DNA of 64,000 bases, taken from positions 1,571,058 to 1,635,057 of the forward strand of contig MU053487.1 in the NCBI GenBank assembly GCA_013239625.1, given 5' to 3'. Of this stretch, positions 23,477 through 37,730 are shown one piece after another (the first letter of the stretch is position 1; every line of letters starts with the position of its first letter). The notes under the pieces are model-generated. The model did not search any database, had not been told where the DNA came from, and worked only from the letters and a program-made list of their open reading frames with translations. The position numbers and the translations under genes are program-made. Origin of the DNA: Lama guanicoe (Eukaryota).

Positions 23477-23950
23477 TGAATCAGTCAGGATCCCAAAGAA
23501 AGCAGAGGGCACATTCAAATAAGGATACTTTAAGGATGGCTCGTTTACAAGGGTTTTAACTGCCAAGATGTGTATAAGCGGAGATAAATCAGGGGTGCAG
23601 AACTGCAAGGTGGCGGCAGCAGTGCTGTTACCACCATAGGTGTGAATTGATGAGGAGTGGGAGAGGTTACTGGAACTCGGAAGGAAACATTTTACATTGA
23701 GCAGGCTGCCTTGGGAAAAAGCAGAGGCCTCTCTCGAGGGAAACTGTCAGCCTGAAGCCACCTCATCAAGAGGGAATACACTCCCTGAACCCCACAACCT
23801 CCACTTCTCTGATCCTCCAGCAAGTCTCCCCTGTGGTCACACAGTACAAAAAACCAGTAGGAGTAGGAGCCCTCATGCTTAGCCCAGCCTCCCAGGACAA
23901 AGTGTGGGATGGAAAGTCATGGTGGAAGGGCAAATGAGATACCTGGTCCA
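23477..23950 (-). mobile_element. LTR33-like ERVL LTR
   Basis: Begins TGAATCAGTCAGGATCCC...GGCACATTCAAA; internal GTTACTGGAACTCGGA, CAGCCTCCCAGGAC. Confidence 0.7.
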
Positions 23951-26900
23951 AGAAACAGATTAGGTGAACAGGAGTTAGTGAGTTCATATGAAAAGTAATG
24001 AGACTTTTGCCTGGATACAGGGAATCAGGGTGAACACCCAGATAGCATTGATTTAGAAGTATATGCTGTAGGCTGCAATGGCAGGATCTTGAACAGGAAA
24101 ATAACATTCAGAAGCTAATAGCTCAGGAATATCAGTTTGGTCATTGCAGGCAGGGTAAATGGGAAACCAGGAAGTATCAGTCGGGCTTGAAAAAACCATA
24201 AGCATAAAGTTTAGTATGGGGGCCTTAGGCGTGGAAGTAAGTGGTTTACCCTGCTAGGATCATCTTTATCCAAGTATCTTCGAGCAACAATGCCATTACA
24301 GTCTCGAGGCATTCTTTTTCCCTAGAACACTTTTAAAGGGTAACAATCACTTTAAGGATGTAGATACAGATTGCTAAATTACCCTTCACAATGCTTGAAT
24401 TGATGTATACTTCTCATCCTTTGGTATGAAATTGTCAGTTTCCCCATTGTCATCACTTTTCTTCTTTTCCAATCTCATAGGCCACTGAGAAGTTCCTTTC
24501 AGTTACCTTAGAATGCCCTATGAATATGTCACCACACTTACCATATTTTAAATCTGTTTCTGTGTCTGTCCTAGGACTTGAAGTACCTTTCACTTCAGTG
24601 TCTCTATTGTCTGCGTAATTTTCTCACATTTTCTTCAACGTAGGATCTCTGAGACTAAAATTGAAGAGAATATCTCAGAGGAGGGAGATTAAATAGATGA
24701 TATTCTTAGGACCAAATGAAAGATGTCACATAAATACATGGATTTGATCAACAAAAGAAGTTTATTTAAAGAAAATAGGTTTGAGAGACCAGTAAGGACA
24801 AAAGCCAGATCCCATGGCATCCCTAATAGAGATAAAGCAGGAAAAATTAGGTAGGCAGTGAGTGTCAAGGCAGGAAATAACGTTCAAGATTAGAAGGACT
24901 GGTAGGTTTGGTCCCTGATTCTGATGATAATCTATCTACAAAAATGCAAAGGGGCAGAAAGGCAGGGTAGCAACAGGAGGTGAATCAGAGTGAAGTGTGT
25001 GGTTGCATGAAATCCCAGGGTAAAAGAGTTGTTTTGGTTTAACTGGGGAAGATTCAGAGGAGAGATCATTAGTTAGGAATGTGGGGATGTACTAAAATAG
25101 AAGACAGAGAAGATTAAAGTAAGAGAAAAAGCTAGTACCTGGGAAGTATACTCTTGTCTCTAAACCAAACAGAGAAAACCAGCATCTCTGTACAAGAGCA
25201 GAGAAGGTAATGAAGATATGAGAATTGGGTAAAACAATGAAGCCCTAATTAAAGAACACAGTCCTCTGAGAAGAGGCAAGTGTCTTCCACTCATGAAGAG
25301 GAATAACTTGAGATACCATAATTTAAAAGCTAAGATCATTTTGCATCATAACCAAAAAATAACCTTAATAGTCATATTGTTAGATGGTTACTTAAAATAA
25401 TTAACAGATGTGACCTATTTTAAACAAACTTGTAACATCTGGAATATCAGTTTACTCAATTAACATCTAATATAGAATTTAATGACATTTCTTTATTTAA
25501 GTTATTCCTTCTTAAGAAAATAAAATAGGGATGGAATTTATTAATAAAGACAAAGTGAGATGAGATTTGTTTATAGACATCCGAAGTCTCCGTAAGATGG
25601 GAAACCTTCAGTTAATTCCACTTGCACATCATCTTCATTTACACTCAGGACAGATTGTAAAGCCCTCTATGGAAAAAGCTTATTGCAGTATTATGCACTA
25701 TATCATAGACATTAGTCTGCAGGCTGCAAAATTGGAATCTTTTGACTTGGGCTTTCTTCACTAGGAAAGAAAAAACCAGGCGATTAAAATAGGATTGTGC
25801 ATCTGTGTGTGTGTGTGGCCATTAGCGAAAGACTTTGCAGCAGGTAGGGAATTAATACACCTGGGAGGGGTACCAACTGTGGTTTCTAAGCCAGGTGTTC
25901 CAGTACACATAAGAAACTCACTCAGGCCAGAAGTATCAAAACTGGACATTAAATCGTGAAGGGCATCCCTTATCTCTGTGAATTGTTGATAGAGTCTAAG
26001 ATTCTGATTTAGCTGTTCTTGCTTTTGTCACTTGGTCTCGTGTTACCTTTGCCCTTCACAACAAGCTGCCTGATTCCTCAACTGTTCTTCTAAGGGAGAA
26101 AGCTAATACTCAACTCCTCTTCCCCACAAGAGAAAAGGACCTTCATTTTGATACCTGCTTATCAGGGCATCAGTTTCCTCTCAGTTTCCCAGTGCACTGA
26201 CCTGAGTTTCTCTGCTCTTTTGAGCATCCTTATTCCTGATAGAAAGATCGTGTCTGTGGTAAACCAGGGCATTCAAGTTTGACCTCACACAATCGTCCAG
26301 TGATACAAGCTTGCTTCATACACCCCTTTTCCAGCTTCCTCTGTCCTACTGCCTCTTTCAACTTTATTATTTCCATCAAAAGATTTTCTGTTCCTCTGTT
26401 TGCATAAACCACAAAAATAGAATCAGACGATAAAAACTCTAGAACAAGAGACTTGGGAATACACCTACATGTTACATTGGACGCAGATATATTGTGAATG
26501 CACAATTCCTTCAGTTGGTACCGGTTGTCTAGAGAACCTAATTGATAAAGATAAGGTGGTTCATTTGTACCCAATGGGAAAGTTCCGTGATGGATGAATG
26601 ATGTCTGGTTCAGTCATGGGACTGCAGTGTGAGGTCACTTGTACTGGAAATGATATACTCTGATCTGGTCCACTCGCCGCCTTTTTATCAGTTCAAGGAT
26701 CTAAGGTTCCAAGAGTTTAAGTAACTGACTTTCTAACACAAAGGTAGTGGATCTCACTGATGGAGAGAGAAATCAGATTGAGTTCTAGGAACATAGTGTC
26801 CAGGGGTCAAAGGAAATCTAATTCCAAGGGTCACATTATCCTTACTTCTCCCTTGTTCTAGCAAATCATATCCACAATTTCTTCAGACTTTCCCTTCTTT

Positions 26901-29074
26901 ATTTTTATCCTTTCCAGCTCTTGAGTACAGTCTTTTCTTCTCACACAAACATTATGTCAAGCTCCTGGTAATTTTTTTTTTTAATCTTTCACTGATTCTT
27001 GCTCCATTTAGTCCTGTTCTTAGCACTAGATAAATCTTTCTAATACACTATTACCATAATCTTAATTTCTAGCTTTACAATCAATCAACAATATAAATAT
27101 TTCCAAGATAAAATTAATTCCCTCCAACTACATTTTAAACTCTTTTATGATATCAAACTACCATTTGGGAAAATGTACCTCCTACTGTGATCCAATATGC
27201 AACATACTCACCAGCTATTTTGGTTTTGTTACATCTCTAAAGATGGCATCCTGATTTCTACAAAATCCTTCACCTAACAAAATCCTTCGCCTGTTTTCTC
27301 TACCCAGTTGTCGTCAACTGCTTCTCCACCTCTTTCCAGCTGTTCACTTTATTTCACGGTACAAACATCCACAGACACAAATTCGCACTTTACTTTTACT
27401 CAACAGAAATCTCACCAGTGCTACAGGGGTCAGCTGAAATAACTAGGAACCAAAGCATTACAAGAGCACTTTGGCACATGAAAAACCACAAAGAGCATTG
27501 TCTCAGATCTACACCTTACATAGTAAGAAACCCAATAAATATTTTTCTAATGATTTTGAGACAGAAAAAAGTTGTAGATACTCAGTTTGGCCATAATTTT
27601 ATTAGCTTGAAGTATATCTACATACTGATTTTTCTCCCAAAATAGACCCTTTAGAATCCCTAGACAATTCTTTTCATTACTTTTCTGAAATTGATCAATT
27701 TCATCCCTGGCTTGTTTGACAGTCAACAAGGAAATTGAATTGCTTTTGAACAAGTAAATGGGTTCCCACTCTTTTTCCTAGTTGAAAGAAAATACTTATT
27801 TGCAGCACAAATAAGCACCACACCTGTCTATTTCCACAATATAAAAAATTACTTGAAGAATTCACTCAACTGGAAAATCTATTGGGGTAAGAAACTACAC
27901 ACAAGTCCAGAAAATGTGTTAGGGTGAAAAATAAATCTGACATTGTCTGTATCTATTTCTTGTATCATGGACAGCTGTGGCACCAATAGTTCAAGTTATT
28001 TTAGGCATCTCTTCACCATAATCCTGGGTGGGGTGAGGTTGGGGAGAGTAGAGGAAGCGAGGGGAAAATCTAAACTAGATCATTCATAGATACTATGACT
28101 TTTTTTTCATTTATTGTTATTTGTTTTATACTATTTTTATTTTGATTATTTTTTTAAAAATTAGAAAATACTATTAGTTAATAATGGTTAAATTCTAGGT
28201 GCATGTAATTCCCCAGAATCCTGTAGTTTACCTGTATCCTTTAAATATCAGGCACTATGTCATTTTCAGCCTTTAGGAAGCATATTTTCATACACTTTTT
28301 CATGGGTCATATCATGGACTTTGCATCATGGCCGTCTGCTGTGTGGCCAGCTCACAGTGCTTTCTCCTGAGGAGACCATTCTGCTCAGGCACCTCTCTGT
28401 GCTATCCCCCCCTGCCCATAGTCACCTGTTCTCTGTGCCTACCAGTGTCAACTGTGAGTTTTTATTTTTCCTGAGCACTCTGCTTTTATCTAGAGTCTAT
28501 CGATCTATGATGTACTTGCTATTAACTAACCCAAGGGTTCTCCTGATATAATCATTGAGTACTATTCTGCGGCAGCCATAGGTTTGGAAATGGCTTGTCA
28601 GTTTAGGATTCCAATTTTAGTACTCTATTTTATGTTTTCAAAGTGAACACTGCTTTACATCACCATCATCAAAATAATATATGGTCCTTAAACAAACAAA
28701 ATACAGTAGTACATGAGGTATGAAGTGAAAGTGTATCTTCCCAACTCATCATCCTTTAAAACAATTATTTTAAAATTAACTGCTGGTAGCTGATTGATGT
28801 TCTTATACACGCCCAGACTTTTAAAGTGTGTGTGTATGCGTGTACATATATATGAACATTTGCATATATGTTCATATTAATGTATTTAAAAGTTTAATCG
28901 TAGCAACATACATAGACATAGTCTTCTGAGAATATCTTTAAATATACTTAATTTAAATTTGAATATTTATATGTCAGTATGTACAGATCTAAATTTCTTT
29001 TTGTGAACTTCAGGTTATGTTAATGTACCATGATTTATTTTACTTTTCATCTCAGTAAAAAATACCCTTTTGCT

Positions 29075-30702
29075 CAGAAAACATACAAGCAACAAGAGAG
29101 TGGAGAGAAATATTAAAAGTATTGAAAAAATCCACCAACTTAGAATTCTGAATCCTACTAAAGTATCTTTCAGAAGTGAAAAAGATATGCCAAGAAAGGA
29201 GGGAAATTAGAATTATATAAAATACTCAACTAATACCACAAAAGACAGAAGAAAAGTGGAATACAAAAATTGGGGGGGGGGACAATAACAAATAGAAAAC
29301 AGTAACAAATATGGTAGAGATTAATCGAACTACATAGGAAATCACTTTAAATACCAATGACCTAAACACCCCAATTAAAAGACACATATGGTCAGAGTAG
29401 AATCAAAAAACATTACCCAATTGTATGCTGTCTATAAGAAACTCACTTAAAATATAAAGACACACACAGGGATGGAGAAAGAAATCCATGCTGACACCAA
29501 AAAGAAATTAGGAGTAACTGTTCTAACTTTAGACAGAATAGACTTCAGAGCAAGAAAAATTACAAGGGATACATGTTGAAAGGAGTAAAGGACTATGAAC
29601 AGCTCTACTCCCACATGTTTGTTAACTTAGATGAAATGGACCAATTTTTTGTAAGACACAGTCTACCCGCAAATCATACAAAAAGAAATAGATGATCTGA
29701 ATATACCTATGTTTATTAAGAAATAGAGTCAATAACAGTAACCTTCCAAAACAGAAAACAACAGGCCCAGATGGGTTTCCTGGTGAATTCTACCAAATAT
29801 TTAAGAAAGAGATTACACCAATTCTCTACAGTCTCTTTCAGAAGACAGAGGCTGAGGGAATACTTCCTAACTTGATCTAGGAGGCCAGTGTTAATCTAAT
29901 ATTAAAACCAAAGACATTACAAGAACTACTGATGAAAATCTCTTGTTGATATTAATGCTAAGATCCTCAGCAAAATATTAGCAAATAGACTCCAACAATG
30001 TGTACAAAGAATTATACATCACAATCAAGTGGAGTTTACCCCAGGTATTCAAAAATTTTCAAATCTCAAAATTAACATAATTAATGAAAAGGAAACAAAT
30101 GGTATACAAATTTGGAAGAAAGATATAAAACTCTTTGTTTGCAGATAACATCATGGTCTCTAGAAAATCTGAAAAAAATTAAGAGGGAAAAAAAGCCCCT
30201 GCAACTAGTAAATGATGAAATCAAAATATCAGAATATATGAAAGTCCATTACTTTCTTATATAACAACAAAGAACAAGTAAAACTAGAGACTTAAAGCAA
30301 TACCATTTCATTAGCTTCCCCTGAAATGAAATAGATACAAATTTAATAAAATATGTACAAGATGTATAGGAGGAAAACTACAAATGATGAATTAAGTCAG
30401 AACTAAATAAGTGAAGAGATAATCCAGGGTATGAAAAAGAAGACCCAAGATTGTCAAAATGTTGATTCTTCCCATATTGGCCTATAGATTCAATAGAATA
30501 CCAGTCAAAATCCCAGCAAGTTGTTTTGTGTATATTGAAAAGCAGATTCTAAGATTTATGTGGAGAGGCAAAAGACCCAGAATAGCCAACACCATATTCA
30601 AGAAGACCAAACTTTAAGAACTGACACTTCCAGACTTGAAAACTCACTGTAAAGCTATATTCATCAAGACAGTGTGGTATTGGCAAAAGAATAGATAAAC
30701 AC
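29075..30702 (+). mobile_element. Old L1 (L1MB/L1MC-like) remnant with multiple internal deletions, spanning ORF1 end to ORF2 EN/RT
   Basis: ORF2-like start ATG 29311; EN motifs (TLNTNDLN, CCL*ETH); [11 protein letters not shown] at ~29764; FADN (FADD motif) at 30138; KTVWYW at ~30666; multiple stops and frameshifts. Confidence 0.9.
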
Positions 30703-31239
30703 ACATAGGAAAGGCAAGATACCATCCCACGCTAATAATATATTTGAAAATCAAGATGAAATACTATTTTTAGGAGATTATACATTTCTAGAACGATTTG
30801 AGAGAGATTAATAACAGTGGAAGAAAGTTTAAAATTTTCTGAAGTGCCCAAAGAAATATTTCATGGACATCTATCTATTCCCTGGGTAATTTTTTATAAA
30901 TGAGTGAAAAAAAAGAAACATTAGTTTAAAATGTCTTTTCTGAAATAGGTAATGTATTACAGGAAACACATTTGAATTTTTTAAAAAGGAAGATTATTGC
31001 TAAAATTATAAATCTTGCTTAAGAAATTGAAAAGTCTGCATTCTTTGCTGGTCCTCAGTGATAAATTCCAGTGGATTCTATTTATTTACTCAAGAAGTGC
31101 ACACGATTAGAATACACAAATAAAATCTACTGGAAACAACAGGAGATGTTGGATTCATGCTGTGCATGTGTCTAGAATGTTACTTCATTAAAATACACAT
31201 AATTTATTTGCAGAGATAAGTTTGCAGTGATGATTAGTT

Positions 31240-31680
31240 GCAAATAAAGTCCTCAGCCCAGATAGGTTTATGGATGAAGTCTATCACACCTTCAAAGAAT
31301 AATATCAAATGCAACATTAAGTTCTAGAGCATAGGACAATGCCTGCTTTCCCATTAATATTATACAGTTAGCTTAACCCTAACATAAAATTAGATTAGAA
31401 AAATAGCCCAATAGGAGATGTGAAGACCAATCTCAACTAGACTATTCATATAAATACATTTTAATTAAAAACTGTTGCAACTCAAATTTATATTGCATAC
31501 TAGTAATAAGTAGAATTTTGAAAGAAGTCAAAAGTTGTTTAACATAAGAAAACCTACTAATAATTCATTCTATGCATAATTCTTAAAAGGAATCTTCTCA
31601 TTAGTTTTTTAAAAAGGACATTTGATAACGTTTGATATATATTTTTTAAGAAAACCCTTAGTAAACCTTAGTGAGCCAGC
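31240..31680 (+). mobile_element. Very decayed L1 ORF2 remnant
   Basis: CAGCCCAGATAGGTTTATGGATGAAGTCTATCACACCTTCAAAGAA, a trace of PDGFTGEFYQTFKE. Confidence 0.6.
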
Positions 31681-32039
31681 GTGGAAAAGATGCTACCTGT
31701 GTAATAAAGACGATACCAGCCATGAGGCTTAAAACTTCAGTGAAGAAGACAAACATTAATGATAAGAATAAGTGTTAAATTGTTTCTGTTCTAGACACTG
31801 TAGTGAGATTTGACCAAATAAATTTAAGAATGAATATATTTTTCACAATTTCCTACACCCTTTAAGTGTCATTTGCTTATAGCTGATATCCATAATGCCG
31901 TCCGTAAATTCTAAAATAATGCCTTCTTATCATCAGATTAGACTGGTATTCAGTATAATGCTATGTGAGCTGTATTTCTGTCCCCAGCATTCAGAAGAGT
32001 GATCTTAAGCTCTCCCTAACCACCATTCACCAGTCAGTG

Positions 32040-32630
32040 ACATCTGTCGATGCATCCTCAGTATTCCACACCCTGACTCCTTACCTAAGAGTCCCTTCTG
32101 TCTTGCCTTCTCCTGTGCTGTGCTCCTCCCATTCTCCCATGGATCCCCTGCCTGAACCTCCTCTTCCTCTCCGGCTGTCTCCCAAGGGCAGCTGTTCTCC
32201 TCCTGTACATTCTCACTTGGCAACATTATGCCTTCCGGTGGCATCTGCAGGCAGGTAGCCTCCCAAACTGCGTATCCAGTCCTCATGCCCTCTCCAGCAT
32301 TCCACCTGGAAGCCTGTCTGCATGGAAATCTAATACGGAACTCCAAAACATTTATCTTTGAAGTTCACTATAGGCTGTTCAAAATACTCCCTTCTGCCAG
32401 TAATATCCCTCAAAATTTGCATCACAGTGCTGGTTCCTCTTTGATGTATTTTTCCATCTTCAGTTATCTTACCATAATGACCTTTTTACGTATTTTGTTC
32501 TGAACACTAGGTTGTATCTCATACACACACACACACAGACACACACAAGTATGTATTTAACTTAGCATCGTATCCAATACATATCAAGAATGCACATATG
32601 GGTTGAATGAGTGAATGAAAGAATTAAGTA
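32040..32630 (+). mobile_element. L2 remnant
   Basis: C/T-rich body ending GTTGAATGAGTGAATGAA. Confidence 0.55.
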
Positions 32631-34909
32631 TGTAGAATCACCAGGCCATTTGCTTATTGAACATCAACATGGTTCCATGTCAGGAAAGAACTATGAGCCA
32701 CCAGTTCAAAGTCATTTATGATGCACATACCGCATTTCAGCCACACAACTCTTTGAGGACACAGACATGAATAAATCATAGGCCTTGCCCTTGAGGAGCT
32801 CATAGTCTAAAGAAAAGATAACAGGTCTATAATGTACATCCATAGTGGATCTGCTTCAAGAGGAAAATTATTTTCTATTATAAGAGTCACATGCACTAGC
32901 CGTGAAGTCCTGTCTTAATTTAAATCCTCAGCGGAATACCCATCACATAAATGACAACTTGGGGAGGTACTTCACTTTGGAGTGTATGCCTAGATTTTGA
33001 ATTTCTGCTTCCCCTAAGCCCAGTTCAGTGGATGATAGTGGATTGATTCTCACATCAAAAAGAACGCAAAGCTATAAATACTTAACCTTTGGACCCAGCT
33101 ACTGCTGGAAAAATAATAAGCAAGTCTTAGGAGGGGAAAAGAGTTGCTTGAAATTCTGCAGTTCTTTTAATCTTGTGAAGCATGGGATATAAATCAATAA
33201 ATAACAATAACATCAAGAGGTGCAATTACATTTTCTCTCCACTTAAAAACACTGGGAAGAAGTCCTTGGTTCCAACAGCTTTCTTCCTTTAAAGTAATAA
33301 CAGACTGAATCTTTACTTCTAGAACTAGGGCAGGAGTCTGGGGCTGGGTTAGTGTCCTTTCACTGAGTTAAAAATATTCTATCAAAAATAAGTTGAAAAA
33401 TAAGTCTACATCAAGGGATTTTTCCCCCCAAAATTTCTCAAATTAGAAACATGTACATCTTTAAAGCTATGTCTTAAATGGCTCAAAAAAGTGGGTATGT
33501 GCAAAAAATCATGGAGATTATTGGAATTTCAGAGGTCAAGTGACGTATTTCAAGAGAGGAAAAAGTGACTTACCAAAAAAAAGTAACCATATTGCTTTAG
33601 GTATTATAATTCTGACCTAAGCACAAAGAACTCTGCTAAGAATTTATCTGAATTTGGTACAATATCAATAACATTGTTTTTCTTTTTATAGTTAAGCAGC
33701 TCCCTCTAAGATTGAGGTATTTTATTTCCTCAATTTAGAAGAGTTGGGTCCTTTGCCCTGATTGATTTAATCTTTTAAAATGTAATAAAATTTACTTTTA
33801 TGAAATAAACCCCATCACACTATTCAATTTTAGGTGTAAAATAATATGCCTAAATATTCATATATAAAGTGTTCAGTGGATGTGTGCTCAGAGTTCATCA
33901 ATATAAGTTTCCTTCTTTAAAAAAAAATTGTTCTTTCAGTTAGCACCCCACCCATATTGTTAAACTGGGAGGTTTGAGGGAGGGTTGTAAACTAGTATAA
34001 ATCCTGAAACTCAAGGATAATAGGAACCAAGGAGAAAGGGAGGATTCATCACCAGATTAAGTGGAATGGGTTGGAATAATAAACAAACATAGGTAGAATT
34101 ACATCAGTGACTGATGAAAACTTTGCCAAATTATTGAAGATTAGATCAGGGCAGATACCGTGGGGAATATGTGCAGTGGTTGCCAGGGCTTGCTTTTACA
34201 GAGATGTAATATTTAGGTGCACTGATTCTCTCTGACTGAAATCTTCTTTATCTCATTAACTGCTTTTTTCAGCCATAATGCTGAATTCCAGACCTGGAAT
34301 TTTTAGGTTCATTCATCACATAGAAAGAGTCCTAAATGGTTGTTCCCTGGTTAAATGATCCTTTTAAGGAGATATAAACAGGTGATGGCAGCAACCTCCC
34401 CTCAGTGGAGAGGGAAACTGATCACCAGTGGGCCCTAGTCTTACCTCTTCCTTCATGCCCTATGGGGCTGAGGTTTTGGCTGAAACAAACTACGTGATTC
34501 AGAAGCTGTCTCTTGTCCACCTATATGTTTCTTTCTTTCTCCCTCTGTCTCTCTCTCTCTCCTGCCTTTTGATTGTAAAATAAAACTCTGATATGGAAAA
34601 CCAGACGAAACAATTGAATAGTGGAGTGAACTATAAAGCCAACAGTCTTATATTAAGCAACACTCAGATCAAGCAGTAGAACTTTGCAAGCAAGTACAAA
34701 AAGCCCTTCCCTCCCTCTAAGTGTAACCCTTCTCTCGGTGTTCCCTACAGCCTTGCCTGTAATCACATAATCAACAACACACACATGCTAAAAAGGGAAA
34801 TAATTAACAAAGCAAGGCAGAGACATTTGGTGGAATACTATGCAGCAGTTACAAAGACTGAGACAGTCATTCTGTAAATGCTTTATTTGTGAATGTGCAG
34901 ACACAGTCC

Positions 34910-35400
34910 TAGCTTCTGGAGATATGAGGGTGAACAAAGTAAATAATATTCATGTCCTTTTAGAGGAAATGTTTGAAGTGAGGGAGATAGACAATAACAG
35001 ACAAACAAAGAAATAAGTAGTATGACTGTAGTTAATGGGACTACTTTGAGGACAAGAGATGGAGGGGAGAGGAGGGTATTGTCCAGGGAAGGGCTTTTGG
35101 AGGCTTGAGCATCTGAGCAGAGAGCAAAGTAAGTTGTGGGAAGAAAATTCCAGTCTGAACAAAGAGCAAAGTCAATGGAATCTTCAGACAAGAGAAAGGC
35201 TAGAGTAAAATAATATCAGGAGATAAATTGAAGGGAAGGAAAGCTCAGGTCCTGGAGGGGCTCAGAAGCCATGATAAGAAGTTTGGATTTTACTTTAATG
35301 GCGTTAGTAAACAGTTGGAAGATTTTGATCAAGGAAGTGACCATCATATTTATATTTCTAAAGATCATGTTGACCTTGAGGAGGAGTGATACTTAGGGGG
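34910..35400 (-). mobile_element. L2 remnant
   Basis: AGCCATGATAAGAAGTTTGGATTTTACT, TTGGAAGATTTTGATCAAGGAAGTGAC. Confidence 0.7.
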
Positions 35401-37054
35401 CATCTTGCCTCAAGTTTGGAGAAACATCATGGTGAAAGGAAGTTCTGCTTAAAATGATAGGGAAAGATCTTCAAGGCATATTGTTGATTAAGAAAAAAGA
35501 GGCAAAACATTTCTAATGTGTGATCTTAGTTATATAAAAATAGCAAAATTAGTACTTTCAAACCACACAATATACACTGTATTTGTGTGACTCTATAAAT
35601 GCTTATTTAGAAAGCTCTCAGGAAATTCAGAGAAGACAACACACCAAACAGACAAGAGAAATAACTCTGGGAACAGAGTGGGTTTGGCTGTGGGTGGGGA
35701 TGAACCATTTTTGAATGATATATTTTTATTTTTATCTCTGCAACAATAATGCATTCATTTGTTGATTGCATATCTCATACACAAATTATAAGAATTATAT
35801 TACTGAATCAAGCAGTTGGGGTATTGCTAAAATAAAAATGATAAAGGTTTTAACTGCTACCTTCAAAAAGATAAATATTTCAGAGAATCGGTGATTGGGA
35901 AGCTTGAACTAAACCTAATAATTTTACATTTACAAATTTACTGTCAAATTATTTTACCACAAAACTAATTTCGGAAAAGATTAGATATACATTTACGTGA
36001 AAGATGAGTGGGCTGTTGAGAAGGTGTGAGAACACGAAACAGATTTATGACAGTTCGTGGAGGAATTTTGATTTAGAACCGCAGATGGCGAAGAAGCAGA
36101 GAGGAAAGCCAGTTATCAGAGTACAGGATTCAGAAAGAGGAGAATCCTGATGTGGACCCCGGGCTAGTTTCTAAGAGGTTGATGCAGGGCAAGTCACTTC
36201 ATCTCTAAACTTTCATCTCCTCTCTGCTACATGTGGCTAACCATTTCTACCTGCTAATTTTAGTATAAGAATAGCAGAAGGGAGGGAGAGGGAGGGAGAG
36301 AGAGAGACGGTTATTTCAACCACAACTGACTTCAGTAGCTTCTACCCCACAAGGAGGTGGCATTTGTCTCTGGAGCAGTTAACCTTTTGTTTAGCAAACA
36401 AAATGATGAGACATTTGGCTGAAACAGTATTGGCCTCCAGGCATGGTAAGAAAAGAAAGTTTGTGAAATTTAGAGGATTACATTGCCCTATGCAATAAAT
36501 AAGAATTACAGGTTTCTAGGAGTAAAGAGATGCCCACTAGGATGAGGAGGATGGAACTGCCAGGATTTCAGCTCAAGGAGAGTAGCTCAGGGCTTCTTAA
36601 TAACCCAGTCTTAATCCGTTTACTGCTTGTGTTGCCATGTGACACCCATAGCCGTTATCCACAAATTTCAGTAAAGGGCCACTCTAGGAAAAACCCTTGA
36701 TTCTTGGGACTTGGGTGAATGGATGCTGGGAAGGTGTGTGTTTGGGAACATTAAATAGTAAACAACATGTAAGATTCCAGAAGGAACTTCAGAAGAATTA
36801 TGGGTTTCCTGTCAGATGCAATACCATTTTCCACCCATGGCAGTGTGTCTCCAAGTGGCACCCGGGTTGCATAGGATGGTTGAAATAACGCCGAGAAAGC
36901 CTGGTTCACGACACTGAAGAGAAGAGTGCTGAGTGAATGTCACCTCTGAGGGACCCACAGAGCAGAGCAGACATTGCTGCTCATTGGTTGGGTTCATGAT
37001 CCTAGTTTAGCCAACAATGTCAGCACCACATGTTGCCACTGGAAAATGTGGGAA

Positions 37055-37730
37055 ATGCACCAGGCCTCAATTTCCTTATCTCTAAATTCTGGATAGTGTC
37101 GACTGAAATAAATGTGCAGCCTGAAAGTTAAGAGTTACGTTTTATTTGGCGGGAGGACTGGAGCCGGGATGACAGCCTCTCAGATGGCTCTGAGGGACTG
37201 CTCCAAAGAGGTAGGGGAGGAGCTAGGATATATAGGAGCTTTACAGCAAAGACCAGGTAGTTGGAACAATAAAAGATTGCTTGTTACCTAAAGAAAGCCA
37301 GGCATCTCAAGTTACAGAATTTGGTGCTTTTCTATGTATGGGAGGAAGCAAACATTTGGGCTCACTGAATTCATTCCTTTGACAGGCACCTAGCTATCTA
37401 GGGCGAGTATCCTTTCCTTTCTTATTCTGAGTCCGCTCAGAGGGCACCATTGTGGTGTGAAGAGGCTAGGCTGCAGGCCTGTCCCCACTGGGGGGTGGCG
37501 GCGGCCACTGATGACTTGGTGTCAGCATTCTTTGTTTACTGATATGGTTGCAGTATTTTCACTCACACTGCAGTATTTTCGTTCACAATAGTAATTTCAA
37601 CTTACATATTTCTGTTTTGTGAGAATTGAACATTAAAGTTAAAGTTAAAATTAAAGTTAACATACATAAAGCGACCTTAGAACAGTATCTTGGATGCTAA
37701 AGTAAACAATCAGTATTATTAAGTATTCAT
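37055..37730 (+). mobile_element. MIR SINE split by the LTR at 37097-37587
   Basis: GGCCTCAATTTCCTTATCTCTAAA before the LTR; TTGTGAGAATTGAA...TAAAGCGACCTTAGAACAGT after it. Confidence 0.65.
37097..37587 (-). mobile_element. ERV1-type solo LTR, relatively young
   Basis: TGTCGAC...TTCACA; perfect TSD ATAG at 37093-37096 and 37588-37591; retained CpGs; related to 7559-8067. Confidence 0.92.

Noticed and set aside
26420..26597. Open plus-strand frame NQTIKTLEQETWEYTYMLHW... as an exon
   Set aside because: No polypyrimidine tract before the AG, a weak donor and an unrecognised peptide.
28843..28884. 17-bp-arm inverted repeat (15/17)
   Set aside because: Built largely from (TA)-rich, self-complementary low-complexity sequence in an old L1 tail.
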